A DNA stretch of 64,000 bases from Candidatus Pelagibacter sp. (GCF_052046145.1 NZ_JBNGZR010000001.1:1031199-1095198), one strand, 5' to 3'; counted from the first letter of the stretch, positions 20,963 to 32,507 are shown. The notes: generated by a model from the letters alone, not told the origin. Translations and numbers: made by a program.

Positions 20963-23691
20963 GCTATGTTCACAGCACAATTAGCTCTACTACAAGATGA
21001 TTCTTTTATCTTCCAACAAATAGAGCACTTCGATCCATTTGCCTTGCTAGTAATTGCGGTTGTCTCGATATCATCCTTATAACTAACTTCAGCACTTGAC
21101 GTTATACAAAGTTCTGAAAAATCTGTATTTTCTGTAAGACTTTTTAATTTTTGATTTAGTTGTATCTTTAAATCTGCTTCTAAACTAGATCCTATATCCT
21201 TACTAGCTCTTTTTTCTTCAATACTTATGTTGCAAATATTTCTTATTTTTACTAATTCAATCCATTTATTACTAAGCTTTTCATTTTTAAATTTATCAGG
21301 AAATTCTAAAAATTTTTCAAGGTGAATACTTTTTTGGTCTTTAAACAACAATTTAAAAATTTCCTCTGTTGTAAAAGATAGTATGGGTGCAAACCATTTT
21401 AGTAGAGCATTTAAAATAATATTAAGAAGTAAAATTGTTGATTTTCTTTTTTCTGTGTCTATAGAATCACAATAAAGATTATCCTTTCTAATATCAAAGT
21501 AAAAAGCAGACAAATCAACAGTGCAAAAATTTAATAATTCTTTATATAAATTGTGAAAATCATAATTTTTAAAATATTTTTTAAAATTACTATTTAAAAC
21601 ATAAATTTTATGTAGCATTAACTGTTCTAACTCAGGTAAACTATCTACATCTAGCTCATCAAAATTTATTGTTTCATATTTATCATTAATGTTTCCTAGT
21701 AAATATCTAAAAGTATTTCTAATTTTTCTATAAGACTCTGCGTGTTGATCTAAAATGGAGTAATCTATTCTTAAGTCCTCAGCATAATTTGATGATGCTA
21801 CCCAAATTCTTAAAATATCAGCGCCATATTTTTTCAAAATATCTTCAGGTGCTATTACATTTCCCAGCGATTTCGACATCTTTAGGCCTTTGCCATCTAC
21901 AACAAAACCATGAGATAAAATTGACTCGAAAGGTGCTCTATCTCTCGTTCCACAAGATTCTAATAATGATGAATGAAACCAGCCCCTATGTTGATCTGAA
22001 CCCTCTAAATACATTGATGCTGGCCATTTTAAATCCTCTCTTTTTTCCAATACAAAAGAGTGAGTTGAACCGCTATCAAACCAAACTTCAACGATATCAC
22101 TTAATTTTTGATAATCATCAGCTTTATATTTCTTACCTAAAAATCTTTGAGGATCATCTGAAAACCAACAATCTGAACCCTCCTTTTCATAAATTGATGA
22201 AATATTTTCGATAACCTCATCATCAATTAAAATTTCTTTTGTTTTTTTATTCACAAAAATTGGAAGAGGCACGCCCCAAACTCTTTGTCTTGAAACACAC
22301 CAGTCAGGTCTTGTTTCAATCATTGATTTTAATCTTTCTTTACCTTTGTTTGGATAAAAAGTAGTTTCATCAATTGCTTTCAATGCTTTATCTCTTAATT
22401 TATGACTTTCCATTGATATAAACCACTGAGGTGTAGCTCTATGAACAAGTGGGGCTTTAGATCTCCATGAATGTGGATAAGAATGGACTAGCTCACCATT
22501 AAATAATAAATTTTTTTGTTCTTTGAGTTTTTCAATTACAATGGGATTTGCTTTAAAAATATGAATTCCTTCAAACAATTTAACATTATTTGTATATTTT
22601 CCATCTCCATCCACAGTTTCAATAGCTTTAATATCATTGTTCAGACATAAATTAAAATCATCAGGTCCGTGGCTTGGTGCACAGTGAACAATTCCAGTTC
22701 CTTGCTCAGTTGTTACAAATCTAGCTTCCAACATAGGGATATCGTGATCATAACCAAGGTTCAAAAATGGATGACTGCAAATAGTATTTTTAAATTCTTT
22801 ACCTTTAAACGTAAGAATTTTTTTATATTCTTTTAATCCACACTCTTTAACGACTGATTCAAGTAGAGCGTCAGCAATAACAATTTTTCTATTTTTAAAA
22901 TCACCTTCGTCATTTATTTCTAAAATAACATATTCAAGAGACTCATTATATGCTAAAGCTTTATTAGCTGGTATTGTCCATGGAGTTGTTGTCCAAATAA
23001 CAATTTCAACTCCAACCAAATCTTTTAAATTAGATGATTTAACTTTAAACGAAGTATAAATTGTATCTGATTTATGATCTTGATATTCTACTTCGGCATC
23101 AGCAAGTGCAGTCTTCTCAACTGTTGACCACAACACAGGTTTAAAACCTCTATATAAACTTCCTTCTTTTAAAAATTTACCAAGCTCCCTAACTATTTGT
23201 GCCTCTGCATCAAAGCTCATTGTGGAATAATAATTTTCCCAATCTCCAACGACACCTAATCTTTTAAATTGACTTTTGTGAATTTCAATCCACTTCTCAG
23301 CAAATGTTCTACATTCTTTTCTAAACTCAACTATAGGAACTTCGTTTTTGTTTTTTTTGTTTTTTTTATATTGTTCTTCAATTTTCCACTCAATGGGCAA
23401 ACCATGACAATCCCAACCCGGAACATAAATAGAATCTTTTCCATCCATTTGATGAAATTTTACAATTATATCTTTAAGAATTTTATTAAGAGCTGTTCCC
23501 ATATGGATATTTCCATTCGCATAAGGGGGCCCATCATGAAGAACAAATTTTTCCTTTCCTTTACTTTCATTTCTTAGCTCGTCATAAAGATTTATTTTTT
23601 TCCAATATTCAAGAATTTCTGGCTCTCGAGTAGGTAAGTTAGCTTTCATGGAAAAAGCTGTTTTAGGCAGATTTATTTGTGATTTAGTCAT
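20959..23691 (-). CDS. ileS: Isoleucyl-tRNA synthetase
   Basis: DGPPYANGNIHMG, PGWDCHGLPIE, EGSDQHRGWF, KMSKS, C-terminal CxxC..CxxxxC. Confidence 0.99.
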   Translation of the reverse strand: MTKSQINLPKTAFSMKANLPTREPEILEYWKKINLYDELRNESKGKEKFVLHDGPPYANGNIHMGTALNKILKDIIVKFHQMDGKDSIYVPGWDCHGLPIEWKIEEQYKKNKKNKNEVPIVEFRKECRTFAEKWIEIHKSQFKRLGVVGDWENYYSTMSFDAEAQIVRELGKFLKEGSLYRGFKPVLWSTVEKTALADAEVEYQDHKSDTIYTSFKVKSSNLKDLVGVEIVIWTTTPWTIPANKALAYNESLEYVILEINDEGDFKNRKIVIADALLESVVKECGLKEYKKILTFKGKEFKNTICSHPFLNLGYDHDIPMLEARFVTTEQGTGIVHCAPSHGPDDFNLCLNNDIKAIETVDGDGKYTNNVKLFEGIHIFKANPIVIEKLKEQKNLLFNGELVHSYPHSWRSKAPLVHRATPQWFISMESHKLRDKALKAIDETTFYPNKGKERLKSMIETRPDWCVSRQRVWGVPLPIFVNKKTKEILIDDEVIENISSIYEKEGSDCWFSDDPQRFLGKKYKADDYQKLSDIVEVWFDSGSTHSFVLEKREDLKWPASMYLEGSDQHRGWFHSSLLESCGTRDRAPFESILSHGFVVDGKGLKMSKSLGNVIAPEDILKKYGADILRIWVASSNYAEDLRIDYSILDQHAESYRKIRNTFRYLLGNINDKYETINFDELDVDSLPELEQLMLHKIYVLNSNFKKYFKNYDFHNLYKELLNFCTVDLSAFYFDIRKDNLYCDSIDTEKRKSTILLLNIILNALLKWFAPILSFTTEEIFKLLFKDQKSIHLEKFLEFPDKFKNEKLSNKWIELVKIRNICNISIEEKRASKDIGSSLEADLKIQLNQKLKSLTENTDFSELCITSSAEVSYKDDIETTAITSKANGSKCSICWKIKESSCSRANCAVNIA

Positions 23692-24611
23692 TTGGTTTTT
23701 TTTGCAATATTTAAATCTTTTTTTATTTGAGATCTTAATTGATTTACATTTTTAAATTTTTTTTCTTTCCTTATAAACTTTAAAAACTCTACTGATAAAA
23801 GCTTATTATAAAGATTTCCAGAAAAATTAAATAGATGAACTTCTAATAATATTTTTTTTTGATTAAATGTTGGCCTATACCCAAGATTAGCAATACCTTT
23901 TATATATTTTGAGCTATTTTTTCTCAAAACTTTGACAGCATAAACCCCCGGTTTTGCTAAAACATAATCGCCAATGTCTATATTGCAGGTTGGAAATCCA
24001 ATTTTTTTTCCAACTTGTCTTCCTTTTTTAACTACTCCTTGGATAGTCCAATTTCTTTTTAAAAGATTATTAGCTTTATCCAACAAACCCTTTTCTAAAA
24101 GATTTCTTATTAAAGATGATGATACAATTTTTTTACTTTTAATTAATGGTTCAGGTTTAACAACTTTATAATTAAATAATTGCTCGTATCTTTTTAGTAA
24201 ATTAACATTTCCTTCTCTTTTATTTCCAAATCTAAAATTATTACTGACAAAAATAAATTTGGAACTAAGTTTTTTATTTAAAATATGAGATATAAAATTA
24301 AGTGCTTTAGTTTTTGAAAATTTTTTATCAAATCTTTTTGTAATAACAAAATCTACTTTTAAGTTACTAAGTAATTTAATTTTTTGATTACTATTAGAAA
24401 GCCTAAAATTTTTTAATTTATTATTAAAAAACATTTTTGGCATTGGATCAAAATTCACAACACCAATTTTTAAATTATATTTTTTCTTATATGACTGTGC
24501 TAATTGAAATAATTTTTGATGCCCCAAATGTAAACCATCAAAATTACCTATTAAAATAATTGATCCTCTGTGTGTTTTTTTAATATTAAAATTTGTATAA
24601 TGTTTTACCAT
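23688..24611 (-). CDS. ribF: Bifunctional riboflavin kinase/FAD synthetase
   Basis: GNFDGLHLGHQ, VSSSLIR, GFPTCN, GYRPTF, EVHL, IRKEKKF. Confidence 0.96.
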   Translation of the reverse strand: MVKHYTNFNIKKTHRGSIILIGNFDGLHLGHQKLFQLAQSYKKKYNLKIGVVNFDPMPKMFFNNKLKNFRLSNSNQKIKLLSNLKVDFVITKRFDKKFSKTKALNFISHILNKKLSSKFIFVSNNFRFGNKREGNVNLLKRYEQLFNYKVVKPEPLIKSKKIVSSSLIRNLLEKGLLDKANNLLKRNWTIQGVVKKGRQVGKKIGFPTCNIDIGDYVLAKPGVYAVKVLRKNSSKYIKGIANLGYRPTFNQKKILLEVHLFNFSGNLYNKLLSVEFLKFIRKEKKFKNVNQLRSQIKKDLNIAKKTK

Positions 24612-25423
24612 TTTAAATCTGATTGAATAAAATTAACTATCGCTTCATACTCTTTTGAAACATCTTGTATACCTTTATTTTTTATTTCATATCTATGTAT
24701 TCCATTACTAATTAATAAAGAGTCATAATTTAAAAGATTTGCACCTTTGATATCAGTATTTAAATTATCACCAATTGCTAATATTTTTTTATTTTTATTG
24801 TCAGTTGACTGATTATAGACCTCTGGATGTGGTTTTCCAAAATATACCACTTCTCCGCCCATTTTTTCAAAAACCATTGCGACTGAACCTGCGCACAACT
24901 CTCTAACTTCACCACGATCAACGATTAAATCTGGATTTGTACAAATCATTTTTTTGGTAATATGTTTCTCAAGTAAATCTTTGTAAAATTTTAAATCCTT
25001 ATCGTGATCATCAAATAACCCTGTGCACAATAAATATTCACTATCACTAATATCTTCACACTTATTTTTCTCAAATAAATAAAATAAATCAAAATCTCTG
25101 GGTGGACCTATGTGATAAAACTTTTTCGATAAATAAGATTTTTTCAAATAATTCAATGCTGCTTCTCCTGAGGTAAATACGTGATCTCTGAGTACTTTGT
25201 CCATACCCATCTTTTCCAAAAAATTTTGAACAGTTTTATTTGGTCTTGGGGCATTTGTTAAAAGTACGAACATTTTCTTTTTTTTTAAAAGCTCATTTAA
25301 AACACCTATTGCTTTTTCATGAAGATTAACCCCATTATGAACAACACCCCATAAGTCTACATAAAAAAGATCATAATTATCGGCAATTGATTGTAAGCCA
25401 TTTGAATCTAAATTTTTGGTCAT
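24605..25423 (-). CDS. HAD-superfamily class IIA hydrolase (TIGR01459-like)
   Basis: DLWGVVHNG, LTNAPR, CTNPD, GKPH, IGDNLNTDI. Confidence 0.88.
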   Translation of the reverse strand: MTKNLDSNGLQSIADNYDLFYVDLWGVVHNGVNLHEKAIGVLNELLKKKKMFVLLTNAPRPNKTVQNFLEKMGMDKVLRDHVFTSGEAALNYLKKSYLSKKFYHIGPPRDFDLFYLFEKNKCEDISDSEYLLCTGLFDDHDKDLKFYKDLLEKHITKKMICTNPDLIVDRGEVRELCAGSVAMVFEKMGGEVVYFGKPHPEVYNQSTDNKNKKILAIGDNLNTDIKGANLLNYDSLLISNGIHRYEIKNKGIQDVSKEYEAIVNFIQSDLKW

Positions 25424-25490
25424 ATTTTAAGGTATAAACCATAAAATCCTGAATTTACTAGCATTATTAATATCCTTAAGTCTTTCTGAT

Positions 25491-25518
25491 CTTGAAATAG
25501 GCGGTGAAATATCTATAT
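25491..25518 (+). promoter_or_regulatory. Putative RpoH (sigma32) promoter of groESL
   Basis: CTTGAA (25491-25496), 16 nt, CTATAT (25513-25518); resembles the alphaproteobacterial RpoH consensus. Confidence 0.6.
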
Positions 25519-25555
25519 GAAGTGCATATTTATAAAGATTTATAAAGGAGAATTT

Positions 25556-25846
25556 ATGAAGTTTAAACCGTTACATGACAGAGTTTTAATCGAAGTATTA
25601 GACGGCAGTGAAAAGACTGCTGGAGGAATAATTATACCTGATACGGCTCAAGAAAAACCTCAAGAAGGCAAAGTGGTAGCTGTAGGTGGTGGAGCAAAAA
25701 CTGAGGATGGAAAGATAATTCCAATGGACGTTAAAGTTGGTGATAAAGTTTTATTTGGCAAGTGGTCAGGAACTGAAGTCAAAATTAATGGTAAAGAATA
25801 CAGCATAATGAAAGAGTCTGACATTATGGGTATTTCAGGTAAGTAA
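25556..25846 (+). CDS. groES: Co-chaperonin GroES (start re-set to [10 protein letters not shown])
   Basis: [22 protein letters not shown]; AAGGAG Shine-Dalgarno precedes ATG 25556. Confidence 0.98.
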   Translation: MKFKPLHDRVLIEVLDGSEKTAGGIIIPDTAQEKPQEGKVVAVGGGAKTEDGKIIPMDVKVGDKVLFGKWSGTEVKINGKEYSIMKESDIMGISGK

Positions 25847-25856
25847 TTTAATTTAA

Positions 25857-27530
<1,674 letters not shown>

Positions 27531-27554
27531 TCGTTCCAACCCAAATCAAAATTC

Positions 27555-27585
27555 AAAAAGGGCAGATTTTACTGCCCTTTTTTTT
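27555..27585 (+). terminator. Rho-independent terminator after groEL
   Basis: AAAAAGGGCAG-ATTTTA-CTGCCC-T8; the A-tract suggests bidirectional use with the convergent hydrolase gene. Confidence 0.9.
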
Positions 27586-27600
27586 ACCCTAAACAAAAAT

Positions 27601-27622
27601 CTGCAATGAATGTTCAATGAAG
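27601..27622 (+). repeat. Tandem imperfect motif (left arm-site-like)
   Basis: CTGCAATGAA-TG-TTCAATGAAG, 11-nt period. Confidence 0.5.
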
Positions 27623-27692
27623 TTTTTAGAATCAAAAAACGGTGCTGAAGGCAACCCTAGTTTATTATTAACAACAAAGAGTAATTAATTTC

Positions 27693-28886
27693 TTAAGCAG
27701 GATTTGGACATTCTATTACTCTGCCCATAGAATCTCTCTCTCCACATTTTTTAGGTTGTTTCTTATAACCCAATGGTAAATATATTAAACTATGATAGTC
27801 GTAATTTCTTTCAACAGAATGAGCAGTAATAATTCTGTTATTATTAAAATCAATCACTACTTGTTGTCCGTAAGCACCATCCATCATTAAAATAGGTCTG
27901 TCTTCTAATCCGATTGGGTCAAAGTGAAACTGACCACCGTAAGTTTGTGCTGATCTATGATTGCCTTTATATATACTATACTCACCATGTTGTTTATCAA
28001 CTCTATTTTCATACATTGTTTTTAAATACTTACCAACGCAAGTATCATTGTTCCAATGAATCATCATCATGTTAGCAATTCTTACATAATCATATCTATC
28101 AGCATAGAAAGAATATCTTCCGTATTCACCAGATTTTCTGTTACCAGTTTTATTAGCATATAAAGTTTTATGAAAATAAACTCTTTTAGCAACTTTAGCG
28201 TCTTCTACAAATATCTTATGTAATAACTTGTTCCAGTTATCACCAGTTTTGTAAATAACATAGTTCATAATAACATTGGTTGTCATGGCACTATAGTTAT
28301 AATAAGTACCAGGTTCTAAACCATCAACATTTTTAAAGTATTTCTTCATAACTTTTTTGATAGGTATAGTATTAACATTAGGACCTTTACCTTTGATAGG
28401 GTTGTCCCATGCGTAAATTCTTTGTCCTACTATTTTATCATCACCTGCCTGCATATTAAGTAAGTTAATTAATTTTTGATTTTCATATAAAGTACCTTCA
28501 ACCGTTGGGTAATCTATTCTGTCATAAACAGTATGATTAATATAACCACCACACATTGCATAACCTGTAACTAAAGATACCAAAGACTTACCTATGGAAT
28601 GCGAAGGATATGGTCCCCGATATTTACTTTTTCTATTTTCATCAACTAAAATCTTATTGTTTTCAAATAAGATGTAAGAAACTAAACCAGTATCTTTACG
28701 TGATATTTGTTTTTTAACTTTTACAGATAATTTATTAGTTTGTAAATCAAACTCAAAATCATAGGTTTCATTTTTTTTATCACCTATTTTGTATTTGTGG
28801 TGACAATTAAAACAATATTTCTCACCAGCGAATGTTACGCCGACCATTATAAAGAAAGAAAGGATAAAATAAATAATTCTAGTCAT
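27693..28886 (-). CDS. Secreted beta-lactamase-fold serine hydrolase (class C/NylB-like)
   Basis: Signal peptide ending VTFA; SIGK (SxxK), YNYSA, DGAYGQQVVIDF; CFNCH just after the signal peptide. Confidence 0.8.
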   Translation of the reverse strand: MTRIIYFILSFFIMVGVTFAGEKYCFNCHHKYKIGDKKNETYDFEFDLQTNKLSVKVKKQISRKDTGLVSYILFENNKILVDENRKSKYRGPYPSHSIGKSLVSLVTGYAMCGGYINHTVYDRIDYPTVEGTLYENQKLINLLNMQAGDDKIVGQRIYAWDNPIKGKGPNVNTIPIKKVMKKYFKNVDGLEPGTYYNYSAMTTNVIMNYVIYKTGDNWNKLLHKIFVEDAKVAKRVYFHKTLYANKTGNRKSGEYGRYSFYADRYDYVRIANMMMIHWNNDTCVGKYLKTMYENRVDKQHGEYSIYKGNHRSAQTYGGQFHFDPIGLEDRPILMMDGAYGQQVVIDFNNNRIITAHSVERNYDYHSLIYLPLGYKKQPKKCGERDSMGRVIECPNPA

Positions 28887-28962
28887 TCAAATGTTGTATT
28901 GGAAATTTAACTCAACTCTTAAATGAAGTCACCTTTCTGTTTGCTTTCTATTTAGGGTGTTT

Positions 28963-28985
28963 CTGCAGTGAAGTTTGCAGTGAAG
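28963..28985 (+). repeat. Tandem motif (right arm-site-like)
   Basis: CTGCAGTGAAG-T-TTGCAGTGAAG, 12-nt period. Confidence 0.6.
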
Positions 28986-29053
28986 AAGTTAAATAAGTGA
29001 GTATTGGCGTAATATGTGTGTGAATGTAATCCCTCATTTTCTTGAATAAATTT

Positions 29054-29083
29054 AAAAGGCCATCTTAAGATGGCCTTTTTTTT
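29054..29083 (+). terminator. Rho-independent terminator with no sense gene directly upstream (probably the displaced native groEL terminator)
   Basis: AAAAGGCCATC-TTAA-GATGGCC-T8. Confidence 0.85.
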
Positions 29084-29098
29084 ATGTGAAGATTAATT

Positions 29099-29215
29099 AT
29101 GTCAAAAAGATATAGCGGCAAATCATTTAAAGACTCTAGTGTTAAAAAAAAACCTAAATTGAGCTTCAAAGAAAAAAGAAAACTTAAAAAAGATAAGCAA
29201 AAAAAGACAAATTAA
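29099..29215 (+). CDS. Putative 38-aa highly basic protein
   Basis: Manual translation MSKRYSGKSFKDSSVKKKPKLSFKEKRKLKKDKQKKTN*; fills the gap between terminator and typA; weak Shine-Dalgarno; not in the ORF track. Confidence 0.5.
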   Translation: MSKRYSGKSFKDSSVKKKPKLSFKEKRKLKKDKQKKTN

Positions 29216-29300
29216 TCCTGAATTTTGAAAATTATTCAAGCCTGTTATGAGTTTTTTTGAGTTTTAATATCCTTTTAAATATGTATAAGAGCCAGAATTT

Positions 29301-31127
29301 ATGAGTAATAATATCAGAAACATCACAATCATAGCCCATGTTGATCATGGCAAAACTACTCTAATTGATAATTTAATGAAACAAAGTGGTTCATTTAGAG
29401 AGAATGAAGTTGTTGATGAAAGATTAATGGACTCAGGTGAGCTCGAAAAAGAAAGAGGAATTACAATTTTAGCTAAACCTGCTTCAATTAATTGGAATAA
29501 TTCAAGAATAAATATAATCGATACCCCAGGCCACAGAGATTTTGCTGCTGAAGTTGAAAGAGTTTTAAGTATGGCAGATGGAGCATTACTATTAATTGAC
29601 TCTGCAGAAGGTGTTATGCCTCAAACTAAATTTGTATTATCCAAAGCTCTTAAACAAGGATTAAAGCCAATTGTTGTTATTAATAAATTAGATAAAGCTG
29701 ATCAAAGAGCTAATGAAGTTTTGGATGAAACATTTGATTTGTTTGTTAGCTTAGATGCAAATGAAGAACAATTAGATTTTCCAGTTCTGTATGCAAGTGG
29801 AAGATCAGGTTGGGCTCATCATGAAGTTGATGGTCCAAGAGAAAATTTAAACCCTTTGTTAGATTTAATTGTTGATCATGTAAAACCTGCTGAACTTGAT
29901 AAAAATAAACCTTTTGCAATGTTGTCAACGCTACTTTATGCAGATAGTTTTTTAGGAAGAAGTTTAGTTGGAAGAATTGCACAGGGAACTGCGAAAGCTA
30001 ATCAATCTATAAAAGCAATAAATTTAAATGGTGAAAAAGTTGATGAAGGAAAATTAACAAAAATTTTTAGATATGAAGGGACAAAAAAAGTTCCGATAGA
30101 TGTTGGAGAGGCTGGGGATATCGTAGTTGTAGCCGGGTTAGAAAAAGCAAATGTTGCTGATACGATATGTGATCTAGGGGTTAATGAGCCAATCCCTGCT
30201 ACACCAATAGATCCTCCTACAATGTCAATTACAATTACTGTAAATACTTCACCCTTAGCTGGAACTGAAGGTAAAAGACTAACCAGCACCCAAATAAGAG
30301 ATAGATTAGTTCAAGAGGCACAAAATAATGTTGGAATTACATTTTCTGAAAACGAGGGAAAAGACTCTTTTGTTGTTAGTGGTAGAGGTGAGTTGATGTT
30401 GGAAATTCTTTTAACTCAAATGAGAAGAGAAGGTTTTGAAATGACAGTTAGTCCTCCAAAAGTTTTATATAAAACTGATGAAAGTGGAAACAAACTTGAG
30501 CCAATTGAAGAAATTACTATGGATCTTGATGAAGAACATTCATCAAAAGTAATTGACTCAATGAACAGAAGAAAAGGTAAACTAATAGAACTAAAAGATA
30601 CTGGAACTAACAAAAAAAGATTAATTTTTCATGCACCTACTAGAGGTTTAATGGGCTACACAAGCAGATTTCTTACACTTACAAAAGGAAATGGAGTGAT
30701 CAACAGAATATTCCATAGCTATGGTCCTTTTGAAGGAGAGATGGAAGGTAGAAGAAATGGGGCATTAATCTCAATGGAGCAAGGAAAAGCTGTTGCATTT
30801 GCTATCTTTAACTTACAGGCACGAGGAGAAATGTTTGTTAAACATAATGACTCTGTTTATCCTGGAATGATAGTTGGTCTTTCACCTAAACCAGGTGATA
30901 TGATTATTAATGTAATGAAGGGTAAAAAATTGACTAATATGAGAACTCAAGGTACTGATGAGAATGTTGTTCTTACACCAGTAAGAAAGATGTCAATTGC
31001 AGAACAATTAAGTATACTGAATACAGATGAAGCTTTAGAGATAACACCAGACTCATGCAGATTAAGAAAAGCAATTCTTGATCCACATGAAAGAAAAAAA
31101 AGTGAAAAAGCTATAGCTGCAGCCTAA
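29301..31127 (+). CDS. typA: Translational GTPase TypA/BipA
   Basis: AHVDHGKTT, ERGITILAK, DTPGH, SGRGEL, KKLTNMR, LEITP...RLRK. Confidence 0.97.
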   Translation: MSNNIRNITIIAHVDHGKTTLIDNLMKQSGSFRENEVVDERLMDSGELEKERGITILAKPASINWNNSRINIIDTPGHRDFAAEVERVLSMADGALLLIDSAEGVMPQTKFVLSKALKQGLKPIVVINKLDKADQRANEVLDETFDLFVSLDANEEQLDFPVLYASGRSGWAHHEVDGPRENLNPLLDLIVDHVKPAELDKNKPFAMLSTLLYADSFLGRSLVGRIAQGTAKANQSIKAINLNGEKVDEGKLTKIFRYEGTKKVPIDVGEAGDIVVVAGLEKANVADTICDLGVNEPIPATPIDPPTMSITITVNTSPLAGTEGKRLTSTQIRDRLVQEAQNNVGITFSENEGKDSFVVSGRGELMLEILLTQMRREGFEMTVSPPKVLYKTDESGNKLEPIEEITMDLDEEHSSKVIDSMNRRKGKLIELKDTGTNKKRLIFHAPTRGLMGYTSRFLTLTKGNGVINRIFHSYGPFEGEMEGRRNGALISMEQGKAVAFAIFNLQARGEMFVKHNDSVYPGMIVGLSPKPGDMIINVMKGKKLTNMRTQGTDENVVLTPVRKMSIAEQLSILNTDEALEITPDSCRLRKAILDPHERKKSEKAIAAA

Positions 31128-31771
31128 TCAAAAGTTTTATCAACTAAATAAAGTCCTAAAGCAACGCAAGGACCTATGCCAAATGCAAATAATAAAGTTC
31201 CAACCCCAACTGTTCCTCCTAAATACCACCCAATACTAACAACTGAAATTTCTAATGTTCCTCTTACAACAGCTATAGGAAAATTAGTTAATTTTTGTAA
31301 TCCTATCATTAATCCATCTCTAGGACCGGCTCCTAAATTAGATACTAAGTAAATACCGCCACCTATTCCAACCATGATTACAGAAATTACAGCTAATAAT
31401 AATTGATAAATATAATTTGATGGTGTTGGAACATATTTAATGCAAAGATCAATCATAATTGCAATTATCAAAGCATTAAATATTGTACCCATCCCTGGTT
31501 TTTGGCCAAGAGGGATCCATAAAATTAAAACAGCAATACTTATTAATAATGTGATAGTTCCAATACTTAAATTAACATTTAAAGAAATACCTTGGGCTAA
31601 AACACTCCAAGGAGAGGCTCCAGTAAATGAAACAATTAACAATCCCTCACCTAATCCAAATAAAGATAAACCAAAACATAAGAAAAAAAATGTAGAAAAC
31701 TTTGGTTTAAAATTAAATGGTTTTTCTGAGCTCCATTTTACTTTTGGAATTTTTTTTATTTTTAAAAACAT
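31124..31771 (-). CDS. YczE/YyaS/YitT family membrane protein
   Basis: GASPWSVL, LGAGPRDGLMIGL, LGGTVGVGT. Confidence 0.8.
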   Translation of the reverse strand: MFLKIKKIPKVKWSSEKPFNFKPKFSTFFFLCFGLSLFGLGEGLLIVSFTGASPWSVLAQGISLNVNLSIGTITLLISIAVLILWIPLGQKPGMGTIFNALIIAIMIDLCIKYVPTPSNYIYQLLLAVISVIMVGIGGGIYLVSNLGAGPRDGLMIGLQKLTNFPIAVVRGTLEISVVSIGWYLGGTVGVGTLLFAFGIGPCVALGLYLVDKTFD

Positions 31772-31824
31772 ATTTGTAATAAGCTATATCTATTAATGTA
31801 AAATTCTAATATTATAACTAGCAA

Positions 31825-32505
31825 ATGAAAAAGTTTGTAGTTACTTTACTTATTGTATTTTTCTCATCAATTTCTTTAGCCCATATAGGTCATTATAACA
31901 AATTTAATAAAATAGAAATGGAGATCTTGAGAAATGATGAAGTAATTGGATATAACAATTATTATTTTAAAAGAGATGGTGAAAAAACGATAGTAAAAAA
32001 TCAATATAAATTTGAGGTAAAATTACTATCTGCAACAATATTTAAAGTAGAGGGTTATGGAGAAGAAATTTATTTAAAAGATAATTTAATATCTTTTCAA
32101 TCAAAGACGCTTCAAAATAAAAAAGAAAAATTTGTGAACTTAAAACTGGATAAAAATAATAAAAAATTTGATATTAAAGGATCTTCCTATTCAGGTGAAG
32201 CCTCTGTAAAAAATATTATTGGAAATTGGTGGAGTCATAAAATTTTACAAGCAGAAAGCCAAATAAGTCCTATTTCTGGAAGTATAAAAGAACAAATAGT
32301 TAATTTTGTTGGCAAAGAAAATGTTTCAATTAATGGCAAACAATACGAAACAGATCATTTCAAACTTACATCTAAAGATATGTCTCTTCCTGAAGATAAA
32401 AAATTAAATTTTGATATTTGGCTTGATAAAAAAACAGCAGTGATTGTTAAAATTACATATGAAAGAATGGGAAATTGGGAATATCGTTTAAAAAATCTTG
32501 AATAA
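31825..32505 (+). CDS. Exported beta-rich protein (DUF6134-like)
   Basis: Signal peptide, ILRNDEVIG, GNWWSH, YERMGNWEYRL; family assignment from memory. Confidence 0.55.
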   Translation: MKKFVVTLLIVFFSSISLAHIGHYNKFNKIEMEILRNDEVIGYNNYYFKRDGEKTIVKNQYKFEVKLLSATIFKVEGYGEEIYLKDNLISFQSKTLQNKKEKFVNLKLDKNNKKFDIKGSSYSGEASVKNIIGNWWSHKILQAESQISPISGSIKEQIVNFVGKENVSINGKQYETDHFKLTSKDMSLPEDKKLNFDIWLDKKTAVIVKITYERMGNWEYRLKNLE

Positions 32506-32507
32506 AA

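Noticed and set aside
25519-25540. GAAGTGCATA as a possible CIRCE half-site upstream of groES
   Set aside because: No partner half-site at 9-bp spacing
27693-28886. Calling the islet cargo an antibiotic-resistance beta-lactamase
   Set aside because: SxxK fold is shared by many esterases and amidases; YxN and KTG-type motifs are not canonical
28905-28933. ATTTAACTCAA resembling an inverted XerD half-site near the right islet end
   Set aside because: 9/11 match on one arm only; no convincing XerC arm at 6-bp spacing, so dif/pdif is not supported
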